Below, in pieces: positions 10,921 to 25,379 of a stretch of DNA of 64,000 nt (positions are counted from its first letter, which is position 1; each line of letters starts with the position of its first letter). The notes beneath the pieces were generated by a model that was not told where the DNA came from, did not search any database, and saw only the letters and a program-made list of their open reading frames with translations. This DNA is from Podarcis gaigeae (Eukaryota). Location: the NCBI GenBank assembly GCA_964106915.2, contig OZ066920.1; one strand, given 5' to 3'. The translations under genes were made by a program, and so were the position numbers.

Positions 10921-13900
10921 GTTACTATGTCCCTAACTCCTTCCAGATGAGTTACATTTTGACAACAGCATTTATTCTCTAGGGCTCCACCTCTTTGCCC
11001 AAACCTCTAGCCTTATTTAGCAAGAATTGCTTGTCCCTTTGCTTTCCCCACATTTTAAACAAGCAAAAGATAAACCAGCTCATGAAATCAAGTTTAGCAC
11101 TTCACTAGTTGATTGTTTTTCTGCTAGGTCATTTGCTCAATTACTTGCTTCAGTAGTATAGTGCAATTATAATTTGCTAGAAATTATAATTTCCTCAATC
11201 CTCCAGCCAGCACAGCAAAATTCAACAAAGCTATTGAAACGTTGTTCTGAGGGGTATTCTCAGAGGCTTTACTTACTGACTAGTTCTTCATTTGCTTCAC
11301 TGCACTATAAGAAGAGGCAATCCTGGGCACATTACTGTGGCCAGAAGCGACTTTGATTCATTTGGGTTTACACATGCATAGCTATGCGCAGGGTTTCGGC
11401 CAAAGACACTTTCATGGCCTTGAGGTCTTTGTAGGTTGCTCTTGTGTGCGAGCAGAACTTTTGATCTCTGGCAGCTGCATCTCTCTCTCTCCCTCACACA
11501 CAACCCCTTAGCTAGTATGTTTCCCCCTTAGCAATTGGCATTGGGTCAAATCCGAGACTTTATTTTGGGAAGAAATGGAGCTTTCAGTACCAGCTCCTGA
11601 TCTGCTACCGAAATGCTCTAATCTCCACACGGCTTACCATTTTGCCATTGTAACTTTTGAAAAGTTTATAGAGATCAATCGGGGTGTAGGAGAATAGAAG
11701 CTGCCCATGTGAGCACTGCTGTAAGTTAATACAAAGTGTGGAGGATTCAGCTAAAAGAGACAAAAATCAAATATCATGCAGCATGATGGAAAGAACTTGC
11801 TATGTTCAGTATAAATAAAAAAGGTGTCATATTCAGAGCTGCATATTAACAGAACAGCCTTTGACTGTGGTGGGTGAATAAGGGACTACTAGTAGCAAAC
11901 TGATCAAGTAGAATTTTAGGATGTCTACTAACATCTACTCTTTTTCTGTATTAATATATTTGGATGACGTCTTCCACACTGTGTCACAACTGCTTAGATA
12001 CTTCCCTCAGATGGGGCACATGGGGAAGAGACTCAGATGATGAATGAAGGGTCCAACTTGGGTCATGTGGGGAAAGGTGGTCTTGAGTTTTTATCCAACT
12101 CTGATTCCCATGTGTTCATCTGAGATTCTGAACAGAGCCTATGAATATATAAGCTATACATGTATCCTGCAGGGTGTATAGATGGCACATAGGTTTTGCA
12201 AGAACATTCAGCTAGTTCTCTATAGGGCATTTTCAGTGATGGTCCCACATCTCTTGAATTTTAAGAAATCCTTAATAACTCATGGTAGGTTCCCTCACTT
12301 CCTAGTTTTAAGCGTGCCCTTGACACCTTTCTGTTAGATTTCCTTTTATTTTGCTGGTGCTTTCAGTAATTTGTTATGCAGTGTTATTGTTTCATTTGAT
12401 CATTTTTATTGTATGCTGCCCTGGGAGCGCCTTTTTCCTTGAAGGGAGGGAGGGAGGGACATGCCTTATTTTAAATCAATCAATCAATCAATCTGGGGAA
12501 GGGTGAGAAGCACCAGAGGGAGTTAAGCCCATAGTCACCTTATTTGCTACCCAACAGATGGATAATAGATGTAGAAATAGAAAGCCCTCTTTTGCTTTCT
12601 ACACTATGTTAAAAACATTATTGAGTTATACATTTCAGGCCCCAAAGCGCTTTTAGTGTCACTTGTGAAAACAGCCTAAAAATCAAGGACTAAATCGGAA
12701 AATCAATAACTCACTCCTTTTAACACTCATATCCCAAGGTACTGTAGAGATAGACGTGTTAATGAATATACTTTTGTCCACCAATGAACTCATTTATTGT
12801 TTTAAAGACAAATGAATGACAGGCACTGTGGTAGCAAAAAAGTTAAAGAGCCTGTTTTATTTAAACTCACTCCTCTGTTCAAAGATAAAATAGTGTAGTA
12901 TTGCAGCTCCTTTATCCATCTATCCATTGGGGACATCAAGAATGGGCAGAATTTTGTCTGCCAGGACTATGCCTCCAATTAATCAAAGGTTGGCACTTGT
13001 GATTTTACTTAATCCCATTTTGCTAGATTATTGATTTTTCTTCCGCAGGCTTGGGAGCGTGTGGTTCTCAAAACATGTATTTCATGTCAGCAGTTGTCTT
13101 TTTAATTGGTCAAGTGAAGCGAGACCTTACATTCAGCTCAGTGATCGCCCTGTTTGTAATTCAATAACTTTTAAAAACTTCATCCAGTCAGTTCTTATGA
13201 AACATCATTGGTTTCCATGAAAGGGGGTGGGGTGGGGGCTATCCTTGTGGTTGAAAAGGTGCAAATATGTTCTTCGGAAGCTACCTTATACTAAGTCATA
13301 TGCTAGTCCAGTGCTGTCTGCACTAACTGTAAGGAGTCAGCTCTGCATTGAGATGCTGAGGACTGAACCTGGGCCTGTTTACATTCAAAGCAGATGCCTT
13401 ACCACTGAGCTATGGCCATTTCCCTTAGTAGAAGTGTTCTCGAAGAGTGAGAAAGGCTGGGGAGACCCAGCCAATACTAAGAAAAGATGTAAGACCCATT
13501 CCAAACCAGTCTTACGAATGACCTTTGAATGCGCTAGGGCATAATACATTTACCTTATTTTATCAGTGGTATAACATAGACAGTTGTTGTCACAATTGAC
13601 CTTTTATGCCACAAAGCTACCTGGTCTGGTCTCCCATAGGTTTTCCTATTTTATTTCAGAAATTGCTTTCTATCCTTTCCTCCTTCCCTTCCCTCCCCTT
13701 CCACCATCTGTGTGATTCCACCCTAGGGTGGCTTATTTGAAGTGAGGGGAGAAAACATGGCATTTGTACATAGCTTGTGTTCATTCCTGCTTTCATTCCA
13801 CAAAACGGAATGAATAAACTTTCCCCTTAGGGCAATTCTGCTTTGGGATCCCTTAGGGCAACTCTTCATACTCTCAGTTTAGCACTGTGGTACCAAAATG

Positions 13901-14463
13901 GAAGCACATAGTGGTGCCAGGAAGAGTCAATGAACAAAGCATACCCCACAGCCTTGCTTTCAGATCCTGAGTTGTGCAGTCTTCATGGCTGGCACTTAAC
14001 TTTCAGCCGACTCCCTTTCGTGTTGCTACATTTAAATACACTTGCTGTGAGTCCTGGCTTATACTTATGTAATGATAGCATACCAGTGGCATGTCTCATT
14101 GGGCATCAGTCACTGGCATGCTAATATTACATGCAAATCAATCACTGCTTGTGGTCAGCAGAATCAAGTTGGATGGGGTTTCACCCATGACCCTCATTCT
14201 GCATACACTAGATGCTTATAGATATGCCTTGCTCTCCAGTTGGAGCTAGGATTATGCTGCCCAGAGTTTGATCAGAGCAGCGACAGTGAGAGACTGAGTA
14301 CAAGGGAAGGGGGTCAAGAATAATCCAGCAACTATTGCTCTGCGAAAATACCTGATCGGTCACAAAGCATACTGTGCGATGCCGGGCGAATCATTATCTC
14401 TCAGGGTAATCTTCCTCACAGGAGTGTTGTGACCATAGAAAGGGTCAAGCCCTGAGCTCTCGA

Positions 14464-14467
14464 CAAA

Positions 14468-14510
<43 letters not shown>

Positions 14511-14720
14511 ATATTATTATTTATACCCAGCCCATCTGGCTGGGCTTCCCCAGCCACTCTGGGCGGCTTCCAACAAAATATTAAAATACAGTAATGCATC
14601 AAACATTAAAAGCTTCCCTAAACAGGGCTGCCTTCAGATGTCTTCTAAAAGTCTAATAGTTGTTGTTCTCTTTGACATCTGGTGGGAAGGCATTTCACAG
14701 GGCGGATGCCGCTACCGAGA
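14464..14720 (-). mobile_element. L2-type LINE 3' end with (AAAT)n tail
   Basis: TTTATACCCAGCCCATCTGGCTGG..CTGGGCGGCTTCCAAC motif; ACAAATAAATAAA present on both sides. Short copies of the same 3' end near 21130-21220 and 28880-28985. Confidence 0.75.
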
Positions 14721-16059
14721 ACAAATAAATAAACAAATAAAAGGGTGTTTTGTCAGGACTGGAATACTTGACTGTTGCTCTATGGTAGTGATGCTACTCA
14801 GCTGCAGATACTAAAAGCCAAGGAGTGAGGTGCATCTTTTCAAGGATAGAGGAGAAAACGTGGCCCTCTCCCTGATTCTGTAGGAGCTGCAAGTGTAATC
14901 AATGTTTGTTTAGGGACCAAGCTTTGGCCAGAACTCCCACTATCCCTAGCTAGCACAACTGCTGACAGGACATGGCATCAGAAAACATATGGAGGACATA
15001 TTCAGAGGCAGATTTGGGGGAGCATGCCTGATTTGGTTGCACTGGGAGTGGAACCCCAGGGGCCCCACATATATGATGTAGAATGAAAGAAGAGGCGAGG
15101 TGGTGGTGGTGGTGAAATTTGGTGTCTCACAGAGCACTGCTGAAATTTGAGACCTCAAGGTCCATCATTAACACCATGCTAAGGAAAACTGTTTTAAAAG
15201 CTTAGGGACTGTTGTAAAGCTCACAGTGACAGATATACCAATAAGAAAAGAATAAGATATCACGCTTTTTCATGGAACTATGAGATGTATTCCTCTCACA
15301 CCAGAGGGAGCACAGCAACCCTGAAGATGTCTGATGTGAGGATTTATTTATTGGCACTACTTGCTGGTGAAATTATATTTGCTAACTTGCTCCTGATAAT
15401 TTTCATACATACAATTTGTGCCGCAAAGCAGGCCCTCTGTGCATACACATTAGCAATACCTTGGACAATAATTTAGATGCCAAGTGACTATCATTCTATG
15501 ATCTTCCTGTGGCAATAGTAATTAAAGGAAGCGTGCAGGTCAGTGGAAACTGGAGATAGAAAATATTCTCAGTCATTTCCCCAAGTATCTTTACTATAGC
15601 TGGCAATAGAGGAAGTATTTTTGGTTTGCTTTTATAAAGGAGTTTTTAAAAATAAAATAAAATGAAGGAACTTATCTCACATATATTAAAAATGTATGGA
15701 ACATCCATTAGTAGTCAGGGTTGAGCTGAAGGCTTTGGGGCTCTATCAGCGCCTTATGCATCGTCTGACCTATAAACTACAGAGTTACAAGAAGCACATG
15801 TGCAGAATGAAGATTCAGGGGTAGCTGAAGTTGTTACCTCAAAGTTGGCATTTCCTATGCACAAATTAGGAATTTTAAAGAATCACCTTAGTCATTTATG
15901 ATCTCTGCCTTTCCCTTGCTAGAAATGTGAGCTCCAGCAATTATAACACTGCTGTTTCCAATTTCAGTGACTGGAAACTGAGACTAGGTTGCTGTGGGTT
16001 GCAGTGTTGTACACATTACAGGATCAACACCTTCATTTTCCTTTCACTACTGATTTCTA

Positions 16060-16520
16060 CCATGGGATTAACCTTTCTCATGCCTGTCACCATGTGTTAT
16101 TCACAATGAACCCAAGATCCCTTTTCTGATCAGGGATTACTGCCAGTTCAGACTCCATCAGTCAATAGGATTTTTTGCCCAAATGTGTATCACTTATCAC
16201 TCACTTACCTTGAACCACATTTGCCATTTTATTGCCCATTCACTTATTTTAGAGAAATCCTTTTACAGTGCATTGCAACCACTGTTTGTTTTTATCACCT
16301 TGAATAATTTGGTGTTGGCCATCTTACTGCTTATTCCTTACTCCAGGTCAATTATGGTCAAGTTATAAAGCACCTGTCACAATACACATTCTTGTAAGAT
16401 CTCGCTTCTTACATCATCCTGCCTTTGTGAGAACTGTCATTTTATTCCTACTCACTGCTTCCTGTTATTTAAACTGTTTCAGATCCATAAGAGAACATGC
16501 CCCTTGATTGCTAAGTATAT
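16060..16520 (-). mobile_element. Degenerate CR1 RT fragment
   Basis: Antisense of CR1 ORF2 motifs (CCTTGAACCACATTTGCCATTT, ACCCAAGATCC). Confidence 0.65.
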
Positions 16521-16632
16521 TCTAGAACTGTATCGTCTATGCAGTTATTGTTGGATAGACCATCTGGACCCAGTGATTCATGCACCCTTCTTCTTTCTTT
16601 CTGCAGTGTTGGAGAAACTGGATACTTCTGTT

Positions 16633-16938
16633 TCATAGAATCATAGACTCGTAGAGTTGGAAGTGACCACAAGGGCCATCTAGTCCAACCCTCTGCAATG
16701 CAGGAATCTCAACTAAGGCATCCATGACAGATAGCCACCCAACCTCTACTTAAAAACCTTTAATGAAGGAGAGTCCACAGCATCCTGAGGAAGTCCATTC
16801 GTATGTCAAACAGCTCTTACTGTCAGAAAGTTCTCCCTGATGTTTAGTCAGAATCTTGTAACTTGAATCCATTGGTTTGGGTCCTACCCTCCAGAGCAGG
16901 AGAAAACAAGCTTCCTCCATCTTCCATGTGACAGCCCT
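16633..16938 (-). mobile_element. CR1 LINE 3' end
   Basis: CATAGAATCATAG tail and GAGTTGGAAG..CATCTAGTCCAACCC; reverse complement of the 5105 copy. Confidence 0.85.
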
Positions 16939-18357
16939 CTTTGGCTTAAGAATGTTGACCTTAAATTTCATCCACTCTCTCATTTCATATTGCATTATGT
17001 CCCATAGGAAAGAAAAGTGTCATTATGAAAACAAAATTGAAATTGTTCTCATGCCGCTCAACCAGCAGGCAGTTCAAATATTAATTAGAGAGTGTCAATC
17101 ATTCCATAGCTGTGTATACTTCTGCAAGCTTGCAATTGCCACACAATAAGAGCCTTTGAAAATATTTGGTTTTATTGTTAACCTGAAATATGGTGAATAC
17201 ACTGGACTTCTTTATTATTCTGTAACATTTATTCATCTAGGGTGACATCATGTTAACAGTTAGGCAATTTCAGAGAATAAAGCAATGTTTAATAAACCAT
17301 TCATTTGGAGATTGAGTAGCTACACTTGATAATTACACATCAAAACTGGAAACATGAATATTCATCTGAAGGCTGTCCATCTTCTTAGCAGAATTTCACA
17401 GTATACCTGGCCCAGAGCTCCACATGTGCCCCAGTGCACAACCTAAGTGCCTCCTGTACATGCAGCTTGCATTGCATCTGTGGAGAGGTAGTAGTTCTAT
17501 GTGTGCAAAGGAATGCTATCTGGATTAACTTCTTCCACTTAAATGAATGAGAAATGTTTTGTGGGCCACAGAGCTCCATGCACATCTCAAAACTCCCACG
17601 CCTGTACTGGAACAGAATGCTGGCTTTGATATCCTTGACAATCTCACTCCTAATGACTCACCAGGATGTACTCAGGTAGAAATTTAATCTTAGCTGGAAT
17701 CATGAAGAATGAGTGTTCTGTGCTTTTGCATCCCAATTTGACAATTAAGGATAATAATTTCCTAGTCTTAGTTCCTTACAGAGTAAAACTGTCCTGTAAA
17801 CCTACCTGCTCCACATTTTATTATGCATGTTTTTTAAAATAATAATAATGATTAGTTCCCTCCTAAAATTAAGTGGATTTTTTTAAGGGGGGACGACTCA
17901 CATTACAAATGCAACAAAAGAAAGTTTCATATTTAGAAAAAGAAGAAAAACCTCCAGTATTTTATTCCTCTGAATTTATACATTTGAATTAAACATTATT
18001 CACAATTTGAGTAGCATTATTCTACGAACTAGTTTCAATATCATGCTAAACCATACTATGGATTAGTGCAAGTGCACAAATATGCCGGTTCCTGGATAGT
18101 TTATTCCTGGACAGTTTATTATTGCGTTCTTTGGTTTACAGCTTGTTAGGAAGAGACAAACCATAGGCCTGGTTTTGGACCACATGCTAAGGGCTCAGCC
18201 ACACCACAGCTGAACAAACCACATTTTCCATGCCCTCTATGCCTCCCTACTGATCTGGTTTGTTTGCTGTTCCCACATGTTGTTGCAGAAGGACCACACA
18301 TCTGTTTGTTATTATTGTGCAGTTTGTGAAACATTGCCCATTTTGAATACCCTATGA

Positions 18358-18586
18358 CAGGGCTTTTTCTCAGCCGCAACTCAATGAGATCCACACCTCT
18401 TTGGTGTGTTCCGGCACCTCTTTTTAGCATACTAGCAGCTGTATAGTGGCATGGGGCCCAGAGCTGCATGTTGGAAGCATCTCACTTGTGGCTTTGTATT
18501 GTTTTCCCCCTAAAAAAAGCTCAACAAAGGGTTGTCCATAAAAAAGTGGGAGCTCCTGCACCTCTTTTTCTAGAAAAAAAGCACTG
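18358..18586. mobile_element. hAT-type MITE
   Basis: CAGGGCTTTTT...AAAAAGCACTG TIRs; perfect 8-bp TSD CCCTATGA. Confidence 0.85.
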
Positions 18587-20623
18587 CCCTATGACTTTGT
18601 GTAAGCAGCCCATAACCCCACCCCAAACCCACTGGCAGAGGAAGAGGAGTGGGGTGGGGGAGTGCATCGCCCCTGGCAGCACGATCCCCAGGGTGCCATC
18701 GCAGCTGCCCCCCGCACACGGTGGGTGGCGTGCCCTACCCCACGACACACGCCAGCCCCGCCCCTGCCTGCTCTCCACTCCTGGTGTCAGAGCATGAAGC
18801 TCCACCACTGCCCAAACCATGCACTTCTTGCAAGGGAAAGAAGGGAAATATGTGCACTATCCTCCCCCCCCCCCAAAAAAAAATTCTGGTCTTCCTACTA
18901 CTCATGGGCATCCTTCACTGCTGCTTTGCCTCTTCCATGAAGGCACCTGCACTTCTGAGGAAAGTGGTGGCTACCAACACATCCCTGAGTAAGAGAAAGA
19001 ACATTCCCCTGCCCACTGGAGAGGAAGGAAGGAAGGAAGGAAAGCATCTGTTACACGCACACACCTCCATTTCCTGTTAGAAGGGGCACTCAAAGCTTCC
19101 TCAAAGCTGTTGTTGAGTGCCTGGAGATTGGGGGGAGCTAGGGGGTGACCCCACTTTCTCCTCTACATATTCATAGGTATGTCATGTGAACAGAGTTACA
19201 GAAGATCATATATCATAGCCTAAGCTGTATTCCCTGCTAAGGTTTTGTATTTCCCACCCAAAGCCTTGTCCTTGCCACTAGTTTCCTCCTTTTTATAGTT
19301 ATTCAAGGTAGTGGCATCTTTGTCCTTAGATTCCAGTGTACATAAACAGAAGAAAAATCATTTATTCATTTCCAGCTGCTCACATTTTCTTTTGAGCATC
19401 TGTACAATGTAGTGCTGTCAGAATCCTGTAACTGCAGTGGGAAAGTTGGCTTTAAAAGAGGTTAAGATTTCTTCATGTTGAGCCTGGAAAAAATTACTGA
19501 ACAGTGTGTTGCTCTCCATTTGATTTTTTTACCTTCAAAATCCCCATTTATGAAAAGCCTGGTGCTTATGTTTTTTTTTCATCAGTCACACTGACAAATT
19601 GATCGGTGCAATGCAGATTTCAGAAACACAATGCTAAAACACAATACGGTGTATTTGTTTTGTTTTCTTGCTTGACTTGAACATCAGGTGAGTGTCCATT
19701 TAATAGAAGCAGGTACCCAAACAGTTCTAGATGTTGAATCAAATAAATCATTGCAAGGCTTGGGTAAAATATACTTTCACCTGAAAACGGTGAAGGTTTT
19801 ACAAATGCTTTCCGCTATATTAGGTTTTCCTTTGGTCTATGCATCCAGAGAGATTAGTCTTGTTGACACAGCACATTCTTTTGAAAAAGCAACGTAATTT
19901 CAAAAGACACACTGTATCGGTTCATGCATATATTTGCAATGCCCTCCAGGTACTGCCTCTTATTTCAAATTCCATAGGTTCTTGTTACCTGCAGTGCCAT
20001 TGACCAATCTGATTACAATTACACATCAAAAGAAGAGTGAGATGTTTTAAAATAAGTTAAATGAACATTTCATATCCATGTTTTTCTTCTCTTTTTTATT
20101 TTACCGTTCCCACCATATCCCACCATCTCTCCAAAGGGCTTGATGCGACATACACACTTCTTTCCCTCTCCATTTTATCTTCACAACAACCCGGTGAGGT
20201 AGGTTAGACTGAGAGATGGCCCAAAGTCACTCAGTGAGCTTCATGGCTAAATTAGGACTTGAATTTTCATTACAGAGGTTTGAATATTGTAACGACACAG
20301 ATTTCTTATTTTTCCATTTATGTGATCACTTGATACTATTTTTTAAAAATGGTGTAAGGGCCCACCTTTATATTATCTCAGACAGGAACCTCAACACTTA
20401 TTTCATTTATTTGTTTAAATATTTATAATCCATACTTTTATTAAAAATAAAATAAAATAGAACAAGACAGTGTACCTTATACAAAATTGCAATAAGAGCA
20501 ATAAAAATTCAAACAGAAACATAAGTAAAAATATAAATAATTACTGGTTGGTGAAAAGAACATAACTTTTCAAAGGCATAGCTGAAAAACTGTCTTTAGG
20601 CAATGCCTAAAAGGAGACAACTA

Positions 20624-20975
20624 GGGACGCTGGTGGCACTGAGGTCTAAACCGCAGAGTCTAGGGATTGCCGATCAAAAGGTCAGCGGTTCGAATCCCCA
20701 CAATGGGGTGAGCTCCTGTTGCTCGGTCCCTGCTCCTGCCAACCTAGCAGTTCGAAAGCACGTCAAAGTGCAAGTAGATAAATAGATACCACTCCGATGG
20801 TAAGGTAAACGGCAATTTCATGCGCTGCTCTGGTTCGCCAGAAGCGGCTTCGTCATGCTGGCCACATGACCTGGAAGCTGTGCGCTGGCTGCCTCGGCCA
20901 ATAAAGTGAGATGAGCGCCACAACCCCAGAGTCATCAACGACTGGACCTAACAGGGCTCTCTTTATCTTTACCTT
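20624..20975 (+). mobile_element. Sauria SINE
   Basis: GGGACGC..GGTTCGAATCCC tRNA-like head, GTGCAAGTAGATAAATAG core, (ACCTTT)-type tail. Confidence 0.95.
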
Positions 20976-22685
20976 CCAAGGAAGTCCCTGATTTAGAGAA
21001 GCCATCCCGGTTTCTGATTTGATCTCGGAATTTCCCGCTTTTCCTTAAGATTTTCATTGGAGAAACGTGGGAGGTTATGGAGTTATAAAGGCAATCCGGT
21101 ATAAGGAAGTTTTTGGTGTGTTTTTTTTATAAAAAAGTTTAATGTTTTATTATGTTTTTATATATGTTGGAAGCTGCCCAGAGTGCTGGGGCAACCCAAA
21201 AAGATGTGTGGGGTATAAATAGTAAAATTATCATTGTGGAATGGGATGTCCTTATTTTCATGGGATAAATGTTTGAGGGTATGTTATGGGGGGCGTGTTG
21301 CATTTAAAATGAACAAATAATCACCAACTTGCATGCTAGGGGGCTCCAAATTATTTTTCAATGTGAGCAGCCTTCTCTCCCCCCCCCCCCATCTTATTAG
21401 AAAATATACCAGTGGCTGTATCCAGAATACAGCAGCTTCACATGTTCATAGTGAGTGTAGCTTGAAACCATATTCATTGTATTGAAAAAAGATAAAGTAC
21501 CTGAGGCTGGTGCATGTGTGTTCGAGTGTCAATTGTACTTGCACACTGTGTGAGCTTTTCAACTTTTTTATTACATTGTAGATTATGTATCAGAAGGATT
21601 AGGACTGCTGTTATTAAAATGAATTTCACTTGCCATTTGCAGGACTTCAGTACCAAATAAAAGCATGTGTAATAAATGCTTTTATGCTTATCCTAGCATA
21701 GCTTAGATAAGGAAATGGTAGTTGAAACGAATGTGAGTGGGTGGGACAGAGACTGATTTAAAAAGAACTATTTGGTGGGAATTTCCCCCAGGGACTTTTG
21801 GAAACCAGCAGGCTGCATGAGTCTGTGGGGAAAAACCACATTTACCAGAGAGGATATCGCAGCAAGCCAGTTGGCCAAGAAGTATGTCCAATAGAGGCAA
21901 ATAAGCTGAAGGAAAGTTTTCAAGGAGAAAGAAAAAATAATCTGGAGGTTAATCAAAAAGGTTCAACAGTGTGAATGCCAGCTATAAAAAAACAAAAATC
22001 TTAGTTTAATTTAGTTCTTATATGCTTTGTAAACGGAGGTTAAAGCAGTTGTAGCTCACAGTAATAGATTTCATTTTGAATTGCAAGAGAAATAATAATA
22101 CTTGGCACTTCTAAAACTGCAATGCAAGAAGTCAAAGCATTTACTTATTTGGAACTGGCATTATTAAAAGGTGCACTTTTGTGGCATTGTTCCTGTACAT
22201 TTGAGACAATGTACAGAAAACCAATTTCATAGGCACTTGTTTGGGGTACACGACTGGGGACTCAACTCAGCCTCTAGGAACTTTTTATCTTACCTCTTCT
22301 ACCTGCCCAGTTCCTGAAACCTTTCCCCTTTATGCATCTAAATTATTGCTGTGGCATATTTAAATCCACAAACACTTCAAGGAGGATAAAATGCATTTGT
22401 GGGAATGATTTTGTACAGTTGTCCACATGAGGGGTTGTACCTAGTACTTTTCCCCAGGGGGTACTCCGTGGTATGCAGTACAGGTACCACTTTTTGTTGT
22501 TGTTCTAAAGTGTGGCACTTATGTCATGGTGAGTACCAGCACTGTGCATGCGTTGTATGTAGTAGTTTGCCTCTGGAAACACTCGAGTGCCGTATGGACG
22601 GTGGCGGGATCCTCTGCTTGTGGCTACAGCGGTGGCGGAGGGACCCTTTGCTCTGAATGGTTGGTGGGAGATACCAGATTATCAC

Positions 22686-23631
22686 TGTTAAGGCAACCAG
22701 GCTGATGCTTCCAAAATACTGAACTGCAGCAATGCAGTTGTGGATCCAATTGTTAAGAAACTTGCTTCTTCCCTTGGGGCCACTACCCATGATCTATTCT
22801 ATCATGAAGTCATATTTTTTCATAGAAAATTGTACTGCCGCAAAGCCATTTCCCGTCCCTGGGGAGATGACGTTGCAGGCTGGGAGCAAGCCCTCCCCAC
22901 GCGCATGGGGTGGAATAGCCCCAGCGCCATTGGTTGGTCCTCGGCTGCATCAACCCAAGACTGTCCAATTTGAACAGTCCGGGGGTGTGGTATGGGCTAT
23001 TTAAACTGCCCACGGCCGAGGACATGTTCCCTTTCTTCCGGCTCAGACACTTCTCCCCCCCCTCCTTAGGTTAAGCTCTTTATGTCCTGACCTTGCTATG
23101 GACTTTGGTTGGTCGCCTGTTTTTTAACAGGGGCCTGGTAGGAATTTTTTTCCACTTGGCAAATTGGCATCGGCCATTTGGTTTTCTGCTTACCTCATAG
23201 AAATTCATCACAACTTTGTAAGGTTTGGTGGTTAGGCATTGAAGTATTAGGTTGAAGGTGAAGGGAGGTAGTTGCCATCACCTACCCCTCCTATTTCAAG
23301 GGTATTCCATTAAAGGAATCTGAGGGGCATGATCCTGTCTGAAGCCGCAGACGGGGGGCTAGGGCCACCGCACGACCCCTAGTGGTGACCCTGGGGGAGT
23401 TCCTTGTTGATGTGCATCAGCAGGGCTCCCCTTCTGGCAGTTAACCCTTCCAAGACTCCTGCAGACAGGCAGGAGTCAGATATAGTTATAGTGGTTTCCA
23501 ATGCCTAAGCCAATACCACTCACATTCTGTAACCCATAAAGTTGTGGCCTTTTTCGCCCATTATCCTAAAATACTGTTTCATGTGTCTTTATTCCACTTC
23601 CCGGGAGGGTTTGGGACCTTGCCATGCAATA
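22686..23631 (+). mobile_element. Long solo LTR (about 945 bp)
   Basis: TGTTAAGGC...GCAATA ends, GC/CpG-richer than the flanks, TATTTAAA near 22998 and a degraded polyA signal (CATAAAGTTGTGGCC) near 23535. Confidence 0.6.
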
Positions 23632-23769
23632 TACTGTCTCCCATTATATTCTCTTGGTGGACTGGTAAAATGTGGACTAGATCGTGTGCTAATTCTAAGT
23701 GAATTTGTAGCTGCTCAGTGAACTGTGTCCCAAGATGCTGATCACTGACTTGTTATCAACTTGGAAAGA

Positions 23770-23983
23770 AAAGGAGTGATGCAGGGTGCATTTTCCAGTG
23801 TTTTCCAGGACCCAATGTTTTTACAAAGGGCTGGAAGAAATGCTCATCAGATTTGCAATAATGGATGGGGCAGCAGATAATCTAGAATACAGAAACAGGA
23901 TTTAAGATGAGCTTGACAGGATGGAGAAAGGGGCCAAATCTAACAAAATGAATTCTAACAGAGATAAATATAAAGTTCTGCAG
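23770..23983 (+). mobile_element. CR1 RT fragment
   Basis: Encodes degenerate LIRFA..G..DNLEYRNRI.DELDRMEKGAKSNKMNSNRDKYKVL. Confidence 0.75.
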
Positions 23984-25152
23984 GACTCAGGGCTGGTATA
24001 TTCCCTCTCCCTTATCAGGGAAACGGGATGCATTCCTTATCTCATTTGATCTGTTCTTAGTAGGCCTCTTTCTCCCACCACCACTTCTGTCAAAGCACTT
24101 ATGGCAGCACTCCTGGCCAGATCTCCTCTACTCACAGACCTGCAATATATATAATATTCCAGGAACCATAAGATGGAGGTCTTGGAAAATAAACATTATA
24201 TATTTGTGAGTATAATTCCCATGACCATTCCATTATGTCCACCATATGCGAATATATTTTTCTAAAATGTGGAATATTGTTACTGCTGGTTTTATTCAGA
24301 AGAGTTTGTGATAGCAGTATTTCTTTTACCAGAGTATTGACAAAATTTTGCTCACTTGGATCCTTTCAAATTTTGAAACCCCATTTTAAAAAGAACAAAG
24401 GTATCTTGCAATTATCCAGATACTTTGTATTTCTGAAAAAAGAAGATGACGGCGACAAGTAAATACTAAGAAATTTCGTTAGCAAATAAATTCCTATAGC
24501 ATGGTCATGGCAGTCAGTATTCAACACAGCTGATTGGCATTTGAAGTGCAATTTATTTGAATCACTTGTACTGGACACATGAAAGAATTATTTATCATTA
24601 TTCTGTGTTAGTGCCTAATTTACTACTCTAACAAGAGGCTGTTGATCAGCTCCTCAGCTGCTACTACAGAATGGAACAATGCTACTATAAGCACACATCA
24701 GCTAAAGATATGACCTCATCATTTCATATGACTTTTGCAGATGCATGATAGCAGATTCATAGATTTGACAATCAGCTGTCATTTTCTAGCATTCATGATA
24801 GCTATGTCAAGAAGAACTTCAATAGATCTGAAAATACCCTGGAGTTCTTTTGTGGTTGTTGGAACTGCTTAAAATTACATTGTCAGAAAATACATTGCAG
24901 GTGTACAACACAATACAACACAAAGCTTTTATTTTATTTAGTTTATTAACTCCAACAGAAACTAGATGAATAACCATTATTTCAAATATGGCAATATCAG
25001 ATAATACTCTTGGGGCCTATATAATAGCAACACAATCACATAGATGTTTACTCTGAAATAGGTTCCACTCTGCACAGTGGGAATTATTCCCAAGTAAGAG
25101 TGGATCTTTGCAGCCAAAGATATGTACATAGCATTTGTAATAAAGAATATTT

Positions 25153-25379
25153 TACCTCGGGTTAAGTACTTAATTCGTTCCGGATTAACCTGAAACTGTT
25201 CTTAACCTGAAGCACCACTTTAGCTAATGGGTCCTCCTGCTGCTGCTGCACCACCAGAGCACAATTTCTATTCTCATTCTGAAGCGAAGTTCTTAATCTG
25301 AGGTACTATTTCTGGGTTAGCGGAGTCTGTAACCTGAAGCGTATGTAACCTGAAGTGTATGTAACCCGAGGTACCACTG
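25153..25379. mobile_element. pogo/Tigger-like MITE (left TIR clipped)
   Basis: Ends GAGGTACCACTG|TA; near-identical to 51641-51882. Confidence 0.9.

Noticed and set aside
13049-13170. Plus-strand exon after a strong acceptor (ttttcttccgcag)
   Set aside because: No convincing donor and no recognisable peptide.
19586-19687. Plus-strand exon with a CAG|GTGAGT donor
   Set aside because: Stops in all three frames; at most a non-coding exon, which I cannot support.
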